NCBI GenBank assembly: GCA_028534125.1
Contig: CM052817.1
Coordinates: 59,770,001 to 59,834,000 of the forward strand
DNA length: 64,000 nt
Source of the DNA: Lama glama
Taxonomy: Eukaryota
Reading direction: 5' to 3'
The translations under genes were made by a program, and so were the position numbers. The notes under the pieces are model-generated. The model ran no database searches. It was not told the DNA's origin and was given only the letters and a program-made list of their open reading frames with translations. This document shows, one piece after another, positions 40,503-51,429 of this stretch. Every line of letters starts with the position of its first letter. The stretch's first letter is position 1.

Positions 40503-42395
40503 TTACAATCTAATTTTCCTTAATTTAATTCCCTTATTTTTGTTACTGCAGACTTTGTTAAATAAATTCATTATATTATTGGCAAAAGCATAACAGAGAT
40601 TTCCTTAATATGGTATCAGATCCAATCACCAAAAAAACAAAAATTAAGTTTCTTAAACCTTGTAAGCTTACTTGACAATTGCGTTTCCATGGAAAAGTCA
40701 TTTTCATGAAGCTTCAGGGAGTTCAGGCTTAAGCACTATCAAGCACAAACATGTTCAGGTGCCATGACATCATTATTTTAGGGAATGCATGTTTTTGTTC
40801 TCTTTCCAGTTCTTTCAAAGTTGTTTTTTACTTGATTATTCTCATCTTCCAGATGTTCTTTTACTTGTCTTAATTTTTCTAATAGTTTACATTTATTAAT
40901 TTTAGGAGCCTCAAAGTGAAATATTTCTCTGGTTATTTTAATGGTTGCTCTATCTTCTATTAACCTCAGATAATATCTTTTTCCTTCTATTATCACATTC
41001 ATTACCTCTTCTATTTTTACAAATCCCATTATGTTGTGTTCCTTATTTCATCCTTGACTCCAATAGGTTAGGGTTAGTTTTGGCTTAGAGGATTCTATCA
41101 TGTTCCAGTTTTCTATACTGTATATATAAAGTAGTCACGGGTACTTGTATCATAAGCATATCCAAATGACTAGTAGTGATAAAGGTATTTTGGTTTTATT
41201 TCACAAACATATCCTTAGAAACACATTTTCCTTGTATTGTAAGGAGGCTTTTTATGGCCTGGAGTTTTCACTCTCTCATCTGATATTGGGGAACCACAGA
41301 AGTGTGGTAACTCAGTGTCGTGTTTCCTCCTTTACGTGCTAATAATTCTAATTTCACTGTTGCCCGAGGAATCTCAGCCTTTAGGTTGTGTGCTATCTAC
41401 TCTAGTCCTAGTTGGATTATCTGCAACTTCAGGTGTCCAATTTTGTCTAGAGATTATTGTTGCTTCAATATATTCTACATACCTTCCAACCTCAATTGTA
41501 ATATTTGACAGTCAATCTTCAAGCATCTTTTATATTGTTTCTTAGAATTTCATTGTTTTTGGAATTAATCTCAACTGCTTTCTTCAGAACATCCAGTGCC
41601 CTGTTTCTGTTTGAAAATCATTTATGTTTTGCAGGGCACTGCTAATCATACTCATCTGTGTGCCCAATCATAATAAAGCTGCCATCGCATGCATATTAAA
41701 TTGCGATTGTTTATTATTTTTTTTTAAGTCCAAAGTGATTTGGTCAATTTGAATTTGTGAAAAGGCTGCTGCCATTGTGCCTCTAAGTATTCGCCCCATA
41801 AGTTCAGCAAGAAACTGTAGGGATTTTTTACTTTTAATGAATCAGTTTTTGGCATATTTTATAAGTTAGGCATAAAATTGGATAGATAAAATTGAGCACA
41901 ATTAGAAGATCTATATTTGGCTTCTAAATCCTGTGTGTTGAATTTTAAGAGTATATGCTACCGTACTGGGCTCTAACAGTAAGAGGTTTAATGAACAATA
42001 GGTTCCCATATTTGGGGAGTCAGAAAAGTAGGGATGAGATAGAAGCCCATGGTATAGCACCATGGTTAATAATAAGTATTATATTTTAGGTTTCCAATGT
42101 GTTCTCTATCTACTTTACATGTTTTTCTGTTTCTTGAAGTCAGGATATAGTGTCCATGGATATACAGTTAACTTTTTAATGGGTGAATATGGGTTATATA
42201 GTGTAAGCTGTGGGTATTGTAGGTAATCTAATGTGGGTCTATGAATGTTCAATGATATAGTAGTCCATGAATCATCGTGAGGATGTATAGTGACTATTTC
42301 TATCCCTAAACCATCATCATTGCCCTTGGCTGCAGTAAGATACCTAGAAGTCCAAATTGTAAATTCTTGTTGATGTGATCTTAATGTTGCTTGTA
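40503..42395 (-). pseudogene. env: env 3' half (end of SU plus TM) of a class III ERV, degenerate
   Basis: Manual translation gives KSKK|SLQFLAELMGRILRGTMAAAFSQIQIDQITLDL (degenerate furin site plus fusion peptide at 41835-41725), then heptad-like ALDVLKKAVEINSKNNEIL, LMIQVPVTTLYIQYRKL, HR2-like FHFEAPKINKCKLLEKLRQVKEHLEDENNQVK, hydrophobic LIFVFLVIG and a basic tail ending in TAA at 40505-40503, about 100 nt before the PPT/LTR. Confidence 0.75.
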
Positions 42396-42419
42396 AGTTA
42401 TTGTGTTTCTTAAGATAAA

Positions 42420-42822
42420 TCTTGTAAGTTGCCATTGGTCACAAATAGGATTATTATATCATGACAGGAAAGTGATCAAAAAATTACCAATTAGAGTACT
42501 GGAAATCTGTATGGCTTGCTACAATATCCCAGTCATCATAGAATCAGACCAGGGAAGCCACTTCACAGGAAAAATAATGCAAGATTAAAATAGAAGACCC
42601 AGCATAATTTGGAACTTCTATTTAACCTACAACTCAACTGCCTCTGAATCAACTAAAAGGTATAATGACTTACTAAAGCAAAACATTAGGTTGCTTACTA
42701 ACAGTCTAGATATGAAAGCAATCTGGGAGGCAGCAAAGTCTGTAAACAGCAGGTACAGAAGGGATGAAATATTTCCTACTGAATCAATTAATATCATAAG
42801 CACCCACAGGAATAAGAATTAG
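42420..42822 (+). pseudogene. pol: Retroviral integrase core remnant (class III ERVL/ERVS-like)
   Basis: CYNIPVIIESDQGSHFTGKIMQD*...IIWNFYLTYNSTASESTKRYNDLLKQNIRLL...IWEAAKSVNSR. D (42547-42549) to K (42655-42657) is exactly the D-X35-E spacing. Confidence 0.88.
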
Positions 42823-43079
42823 CACTAAGAAAACCCCAGAATCTAAATTAAAAGGAAAGGTATTAATCAAAAAACATAATGATATAAACATATATTTATA
42901 TATAATAAAACCTACTAGTGACTAAAGGAAAAAGCTTAATACATCAAATTAAAGAAAATAATCTGACGTCTCTATAAAATTTTTAAGTATAAAAAACACC
43001 ATCTTCTATCGTATCAACATTGGATGTAGGTGCTAAAAATATGGATGTTTACTCTATATATGACGGCCGGACACATTTT

Positions 43080-44960
43080 CATATGGCATCATTACTAGAT
43101 GCCTAATATTTAGCCTAGCGTGGTGCAGGGAAATTAGGCTTGGGGCACCATTGACAGTAATGGCTGTAATGGATTTCCTTCAGGAGCAAGAACAACTAGA
43201 AAGAATTAGAAATGTATAGGACACTATTTTGCAGGAATAGACCCACAATGCATTTTGAACCCTATAAATATTGCTGAATGGGTGGTGCAGCATGCTGCCT
43301 ACCAGCCACACTATTTTGCCTGTTATATACTACTGGATACCAGACTCATTGCAGCTATGGATTCTCCACAGATAGCACCAACAACTGCAGTTGTGCAGTC
43401 TCTCCAAACTGGAATACCATTCTCTGGTCAGGATATGACTCCAACACTTGTGACATCATCCACTTCCCTCCCAAATACTATACTGGTGGGGCTAATTCAG
43501 ATACTCTAAATATCAAAAAATGAGAGATTATATGTTCTCTCTACACACAGACCCAAAAGGTGCACTTATAGAAATGCAGCAATGCTTCACCCTTGAAGGA
43601 TGCTTGTTGATTTTACCAACTGGTAGGACAATAGTTGACAATTCTATTGACACATATAGAGCCACAACGTGAAACACATAGGTCATGTATTTAGTACTTG
43701 GAGGCCTCATCTAAAGGACTATATCATCTGGCCATGTGGCAATGGATATGGGTACAGGACAAGTAGGAGACTGTAAAGAAGCCTCTTATGATTATAAGAA
43801 AGAGGAAACAAAGTACACTACAGAGAAAATAGAACCACCGGACAGACCACACAGATGTCCACCATGCCAGTTGACATATTTAATGGACCCTACTGAGTCC
43901 ACCAGAAAAGTACCTGAAAGAAACTACAACTAGCTCCACTCTAATACAAAGAGAATCTCTATTTAGGGGTTCCCATGGGAATATAATACCAAAGAGGTTA
44001 AACTTCATGTCACAGAATGGCCTAACCTGGTCTATTATGGTAATTTATCACGAGACAACCATTGCCACATCCTGCAGAGAATTCTATAACCTAGCTATTT
44101 CAAACCCTACATTGATTCTCTATCATATTCTGAATTCCCTGGCACCATGGAATTCTTCCATTGGTACCAAGGAATCTAACTTATGAAACATATAAACGTG
44201 ACTTTTCTCATACACGTAAGTATCACAGGCTACTCAAATAGTAAGGTTTTGTCACTGGAGAGAAGACTAATGGTTTTGGAACAAAATAATGGTGCAATAA
44301 TGAGGAATGAGGCATGGCCAAGTAAAATATAACAAGTAGCTATATGCCCATCTTCAATGTAGATAGAATCTGTACTTAATGTTTCCTCTGGGTCCAACAA
44401 TATAGGACCATTCATAACTGTATTAAAGGGATACAATTATTTTGATACTATAACAAAACACACATCAATCCAATAGTGCCATCAATACATTACAATATAT
44501 TAAATTACACTGAATCTCCACGTAATGAGGTGCCAAACAACATAATCATCAACCAAACTATGGTGGCCCATCCAAAAAATTATTTACTCTACTTTGAACT
44601 TTACTAGTAATATGTTCATTAAGAGAACATATGATGTGGCATCTAGGTATTAGGAATTTAGGCCACAGGTTAATCGTTCTAATAGCAATGAAACCAGTTT
44701 AACAGGACCAATACATGCATTAGGATACACAAAATCTAACACAGGCATAAAAACAAGCAGATTGGGAACAGGAGCCTGGAGTTTTCAGTGCAAAAATCTA
44801 TGCTATACCGCGCTAACAACATCTGAAAGATTGCTGACTGGTAAAAAATAACAGTTTAGGAAGAGAACACATGTGGAGTCTGTAGACGACTGGTGGAAAC
44901 CTAGGGTTGGAGATAAAATGTTGAGATCAGATACAGGCAACATTAAGATCATATCAACAA
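43080..44960 (+). pseudogene. env: env 5' half (signal peptide plus Cys-rich SU), inverted relative to the TM and LTR
   Basis: Directly follows integrase. Signal-like CLIFSLAWC, Cys-rich segments (GGAACCLPATLFC...HCSYGFSTDSTNNCSCAVSPNW) and multiple NxS/T sites. Its last 29 nt are duplicated at the start of the minus-strand env half. Confidence 0.62.
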
Positions 44961-45289
44961 CAAGCCTTTTTTTTTTTTTTTTACCATATTGTCTTTTGTC
45001 CTAACCCCAATTCAAACAAAAGTTCCAGAGCATCTCAGTTTGGTTGAGAGAAAGACTGTTCTCTTTAATGTTAATAGATAAAGCTACAGCCTTCCATGCC
45101 AGAAGAGTTTTAGTGGGTATATTAACTTGTTGTTCTGCCCACTTTCTAGTATAGGTGAATTAGGATAATATATTTAACTATTTTCTTTTGATAACAAAAC
45201 AATATGATGCCCACTAACACCATTTATAAGTTTAAAAACTGTCAGAAATCCTCAAAAAAAGGTAATGTGTAAATTCAGTATATCATATT

Positions 45290-45600
45290 CAGTACAGCCA
45301 ATATTTGATAGTGTGTGTTAGGCTCCAAGGAATCCAAAATGAAAGAGGTGAGATCATTGATCTCAAGGAGCTTACAGTCTCATAGGAGACAAAAATGTAA
45401 GCACACAAATAGAAAATGATTGGTTTGTTTAAAATCAGAGAGAAGTGTCAAATTCTCATAGGAAGTTAAGGGAAGTGCTTCAAAGAAATAAATTCTCCTG
45501 TGCAGTTTTGAAAGGTAAGTAGGAATATTTGTCAGAAAACGAGTAGAGAGGAAGGTAAGGGAAATATCAGGCAGAGAGAAAACATGCAAACTCAAGACTT
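45290..45600 (-). mobile_element. L2 fragment
   Basis: tgatctcaaggagcttacagtctcatagga...caggcagagagaaaacatgcaaa. Confidence 0.6.
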
Positions 45601-46324
45601 AACTCAACTAATGTCAATCACTTTTCTTTAAACAGCATTTTGAAATAAATTGTATTACATATATGCCAAAATAGGAACATACCACAATCCTGGTATAAAG
45701 TGTCATTTCACCAGATTGCTTAATTTGTTTGCTCATTGGTATTATCAAGCCTATTAGAAAAATTATTTACATGGGTGTTAAAATTCACCAGCAGCAGGAA
45801 AAACACTACTAGGGCTGTGAATAATGTTGTACTTTCCTTGTAATTTCATCCAAGTCTTCATTGAAGAGGAGCTTATATTCCTCTAATTGGATCTTCTCTT
45901 TTAGAAATATCCAATTAAATGTTCATTTGCAGTTTATAAGACAGCATAATCTTATTTGTTGAAAATCCTGTTTGACATGTCCTTTTGTTTGGTCTTAGTA
46001 TTAAATTAGGTGCCAATAGAATAAATAATGAGATTGTGAGATGTTAATACAGAGATCAGTTCAATTTTCTACTGATTTCAACTAATGTGAAAAGCGTCTA
46101 ACACATTTGCATAATTCTTGAATTATAAATGTGATAATAAACACACAGAATTGCAAATTTAATTAATTTACATCTATCCGTCAATAGACAATATAGACAA
46201 AAGAAAGATCCTGTATAGCAAATGTTGACATCCTCATAAAACACTTTGTATTCTCTTTATCATTTAGATTTTCATTGACTTTAAGGATTTTTGAATGAAC
46301 TAAAATTTATTTTCCTTTCTTTTG

Positions 46325-46925
46325 CTTTTTAATAATTTTTTCAATTGAAGTACAGTTGACTTATAATGTGTTAGTTTCTAGTGTACAGCAAAGTCATTTA
46401 GTTATAGTTATATATTCTTTTTCATATTTTCCTTTAAAGTTTATTACAGAATATTTGATATAGTTCCCTGTGCTATAACAGTAGGACCTTATTTCCAAAA
46501 TACAAAAACAGCTCATACAACTCAACAACAACAAAAAGCAAACAACCCAATAAAAAAATGGGCAGAAGACCTAAATAGGCATTTCTCCAAAGAATACATA
46601 CAGATGGCCAATAGGCACATGAAAAAATAGAAAAGCAAATCAAAACTACAATGAACTATCATCTCACACTGGTCAGAATGGCCATCATTTAAGTCTACAA
46701 ATAAAAATTGCTGGAGAGTGGGTGGAGAAAAAAGAACCCCTTTAGACTGTTGGAACAGCCACTATGGAGAACAGTATGGAAGATTCTCAAAAAACTAGAA
46801 ATAGAGTTACCAGATGATCCAGCAATTCCACTCCTGGGCATGAATCTGGTGAAAACTGTAATTCAAAAATATTCATGTACCCCAGTGTTCATAGCAGGAT
46901 TATTTACAATAACCAAGATAAGGAA
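46325..46925. mobile_element. 5'-inverted truncated L1 (3'UTR on minus 46325-46488; ORF2 C-terminal region on plus 46489-46925)
   Basis: Antisense 3' end (ttcaattgaagtacagttgac...gttccctgtgctata) is joined directly to sense ORF2 sequence (aaatgggcagaagacctaaataggcatttctcc...[28 protein letters not shown]). Confidence 0.85.
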
Positions 46926-47454
46926 TCAATCCTTTTCTAAAAAATAATTTCTCCTTTTTTTTTTGTTTAAGAATTTTTCAGATTTTTGCTTCTATATTTT
47001 TTTTCTATATTTCACTCCCAACTTCAAGTCCCTTTTTTCTGTTAAACCAGTGTTTAACTTTTAAAATTTATTCTCCATTCTCTAAATTGTTAGCATCTAT
47101 AATACTAGGCTAAATTTTTACCTTGAATAATTGAATAATTATTGAATAATTTTTACCTTGAGTAAGTAATATTTTAGAAGCCCTTTAAGCATAATATGCA
47201 TTGGAAATGAGTGATTTAGAATGATCATATTAAAATTGCATTAATGATGTGAAATGCAAACTTACTTATGAGTGTATGAAAACTTGAGCCAAAGAAAAGC
47301 TAGATTATCAACAATATATATACATAAGAGAGTGTCATAAGAATGTTACATCAGCTATTATCCAAACTAAGAGGGTAAGTTAATTCATCTGCCCAACACA
47401 AATTGAAATACAATTATATATAGGCATTGTGTCAGGTTCTGGAGATGCAAATAA

Positions 47455-47700
47455 TGTTGTTATTTAACATTTACGGAGTGCTTATTATATACTACTTACC
47501 ATGTTAAGGCTTTCATCATTGGCTAATTAATATAATTGGTCATTAATCACCCTGAATAGGTGCTGTTTTTAGTTGGATTTTTAGATAAGAAAATTAAAGC
47601 TTAGAGAATTAAGTAACTTTTCCAAAGTCACTCAGCTTGTAGAAAGTGGCAGAACTGGTACTGGATCCTAGATCAAAGCCCATGCCCACTACGTAATGTG
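47455..47700 (-). mobile_element. MIR SINE
   Basis: tttttagataagaaaattaaagcttagagaattaagtaacttttccaaagtcactcagc core. Confidence 0.7.
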
Positions 47701-48709
47701 TTTTGGAAACTGCACTTACTAAAAATCTTCAGTCATTAATAAAATTCCTCATCAAAGAGACATATCCCTTTGAAAATACTTTCTTTTCAAGTTGGTTTGT
47801 TTTCTATTTTCAGAAACAAGAGATGCAGAAATCAAAAGTTTTTTTTGTTTTTGGTTAGAACATCCACTTCCTGTATTGGAGCAATCCAGTGAGAAGGGGG
47901 GTTAATCTAGTTGATATTTGATCAGGAGAAGAATTATAGGAAAAAGGCACATTAAACAAACGATAAAATCAACAAAATGAAACAAATAAAAATAAAATAC
48001 CAGGAGAAAAATACAATATTTTTGAGAATAACACTAAATCTAGGTTTAAGGTCCCTATAATTTTTCTTTTTTTTGAAGGCAATTAAGAGTGAGGGATGTT
48101 TGAAGGTAATAAAGTGAACCCGAGAAGGCTTAGTCACAGGGAAAACTTAAGTGCTTTTAGAATTATTTTCATAATAGTGAAAGCTCAATTATTTTTTAAG
48201 ATACAATTTTGTAAATGCAATTATATAAATAAAGGAGACACTGATTTCCTTATAGTCTAGGAGATATCATTGTACATACACAAAATCTATAGGTTGTAGT
48301 ACATTTCAGACCTTACTGAAAGCACTGACAGATGTCATAGATATATTAAAATTTTGCTTAAAATTTATAAATTTATAAAAACAGATGTCAAAATTTTAAA
48401 CCAAATAAGATGCTAGAAAAAGATACATTCCCATTAGTATTTCTAAAGCTCCAACTAGATTTTCTGAGCTATAATTGGTTGTGGACCTTGAGTTTGGGGA
48501 AGAATTTTCTCAGAACACTAAGTTTCTCTCTTTATTAGCTAAAAAATGAAAAAAATCCCAAACAAAACTTCCAAAATGACTAAAAATAATTAGAGAGAAG
48601 CAAACATTTTTCTCTTTAATTTTAACACTGAATGGAAAAAGAACTCTTCAAATCTGGTCCAAAAGTAATTAAAATTTAAAATTTTAAAGATAATATTCAA
48701 TCACTATGT

Positions 48710-50228
48710 CAATAAACAGACACATAGGCCAATAAAACAAAAGAGAGAGCCTAGAAATATACCTAAGCATATATAGTCAATTAACAACAAAGGAGCCAGG
48801 AATATAAAATGGAGAAAGGACAGTCTCTTCAATAAATGGTGTTAAGAAAACTGGATGGCCACATGCAAAAGAATGAAACTGGACCATTATCTTCCACCAT
48901 ACACAAAATTTAAATGAAAATGGATTACAGACTTAAATTTCTGACCTGAAACCTTAAAATGTCTAGAAGAAAATATAAATGGTAAGCACCTTGATATTTG
49001 TCTTGTCATTGATTTTGGGGATCTGACACCAGAAGTGAAGGCAACGAAGGCAAAAATAAACAAGTGGGACTACATTGAGCTAAAAAGCTTCTGCACAGCA
49101 AAGAAATCATTAACAAAATGGAAAGGCAGCCTGCTGAATGGGAGGAAATTTTTTCAAATCATATTATATCTGGTTAGAGGTTAACAGTTAAAATGTGTAA
49201 AGAACTCATACAACTCAATAGGAAAAGAGCAAACAATCTGATTAAAAATAAAATAGGCATAGGATCTGAGTAGATATTTTTCCAAAGAAGACATACAGAT
49301 GGCCAACAGGTACATGAAAAGATGCTCAACATTACTGTCAGGGAAATGAAAATGGAGGCCACATGAGGTAGCACCTGTTAGATGGCAGTTATCAAAAAGA
49401 CAAGAAATAATGGCGAGGATGAGGAGAAAAGGGAACATTGTGCACTGTTGGTGGGAGTGTAAATTGGTGCATCCACTGTGAAAAACAGTATGCAGGTTTC
49501 TCAAAAAGTTAAAAGTTGAATTACCTCATGATCCAGCAATTCTACTTCTGAGTATTTATCTGAAGAAATTTGAAACATTAAGAGAAGAGATATCTGCATT
49601 CTTGTATTCCTTGCATTATTTTTTTGTTGTTAACAATAGCCAAGATACAGAAACAATCTAGATGTCTATCTATGGATGAATGGATTAAGAAAATGTGAGT
49701 CAGTGGAATATCATTTAACCATAAAAAAGTAAGATTTTTTTCATTTGTGACAGCATGGATGAACTTTGAGGGCATTATGCTAAGTGAAATAAGTCAGACA
49801 GAAAGATAAAAATGGTATGGTCTCACTTATATGAGGAATAAAAAATCAGAAAACCAAAAAACAAAACTTTAACTCATGGATATAGAGAATAGATTGGTGG
49901 TTACCAGAGGCAGGGGTTGTGGGCTAGACAAGATGAGTGAAGGGGGTCAAAAGGTACAAATTTCCAGTTATAAAATGCGTAAGTCATGGAGAGGTGATAT
50001 GCAGCATGGTGACTATAGTTAATAATATTGTGTCTTACATTTCAAAGTAGCTAGGAGAGTGGATCTTGAAGACTTATGGAAAGGAAAACATTTTTGAGTT
50101 ATGTGTTGTGGTGGCAGTTAATTGGACTATTGTGATCATTTTGCAATGTATACAAATATCAACTCATTATATTGTACACCTTCAACTAATATGCCAGTTA
50201 TTCCTAATAAAAAGAATAAAAAATAATA
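48710..50228 (+). mobile_element. L1MA-like 3' fragment (ORF2 end, 3'UTR, A-tail)
   Basis: ggagaaaggacagtctcttcaataaatggtg...gatccagcaattctacttctg...gagggcattatgctaagtgaaataagtcag...aataaaaagaataaaaataataat. Confidence 0.92.
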
Positions 50229-51159
50229 ATCCAATCACTAAGCATTAAGGTAATGCAAACTTTTATTCATTTCTGAGAAAGACACACATTTCAGTAATGT
50301 CAAAGGAAGTCCTCACACCCTTTAATAGAGACTATGCTTTGTGAAATCTTTCTAAATAGAAAGAATTGCCTGGAATTCTTAGAAAGGTTTGTCACAGCCT
50401 AACCAGGAAATAAAGTCTGTCCTAAAGCTGAAATGTATTAGGTAGAAACAGTAAAAGGGACTTTAACCAAGAACTGGCCGAAATAGTTCAGAATTACATC
50501 TATAATCTGAGTAACGTCCAAGGACACTGAACTACTAGTGTCTCAGAGGTGAGCAGATTTTACATTTCTTGTGTGTCAGCTATGACTCATAGTGTATAGG
50601 CATTATCTCTTTAACACAACAAACCAAAATGATAGATATGATTTTTCACATTTGAAAATAGTGGTCTGAAACAGGCCTTAGAAATTATATAATACAGCAG
50701 TGTTAACTGCTTCACAGGAATGCTATCCAACTTTGAGAGTCATGTCCTTTAATTTTGCTAATTCTATCTATAGTATTTTAGAACATTTGAAAGGGGATTG
50801 TGTAGTATGTTTCAGTGTTGGGTACAAATCCTGACAGTAAATGGTAAATCTAATGGAAGCCAGTTCCAAAGAAAGATGTCGTATTTCCCAGAACATGAGA
50901 GAACTTTACCTCTTGTGTATGAAAGAGAATAATGTAGGGGCAAAAGGACACACTAGAAAAGGCAATGAAATGGCATATTAAGTGTGGGTTTTTTTTTTTA
51001 AACAATTACTGTGTGCTTTTGGTATAAGGTAAAGATTGTGTTTTAATTACTGTTGATCTACAAAGCATTCTTTTGATGATTCTTCAGTCCCTTTGATTGC
51101 TCAGACCAAAAACTAATACTCCAAAATGTTCCATGAATCCAAAAAAGTTGAGGACCAAT

Positions 51160-51320
51160 GATCTCATGCAATCCTTTTACTTCATAGGTGAGTAAACTGA
51201 AGGCCTGAGTGGTTCAGTGATTTAACCATATTCAGTGAGCCTGTCATGGCAAAGCCAGAACTAGAATACAGATTTCCTAATTCTTTTTTCCATTCTGCTT
51301 TCTCCCATACCATGCTGCAT
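51160..51320 (-). mobile_element. MIR SINE
   Basis: ataggtgagtaaactgaaggcctgagtggttcagtgattta...ggcaaagccagaactagaatacag. Confidence 0.65.
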
Positions 51321-51429
51321 AATCTGAAGATAGTTGTAAAATTTGTGTTTTTTAAAACTCTTTAACCAGTAAGATTTTTATGATTGTAGTAAATGACCAA
51401 AGGAATGAAGGAAAATAATTTACACATGC

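Noticed and set aside
39641..44960. Calling the element a true endogenous foamy virus
   Set aside because: The PPT and IN motifs look ERVL/ERVS-like, env ends only about 100 nt before the LTR (no room for tas/bet), and the similarity to foamy Env is architectural and unverified.
40503..44960. Domesticated syncytin-like env gene
   Set aside because: Numerous stops and frameshifts, plus an inversion that splits the gene.
47112..47165. Short tandem duplications (ttgaataa, ttttaccttga)
   Set aside because: Ordinary slippage in AT-rich DNA; not an array.
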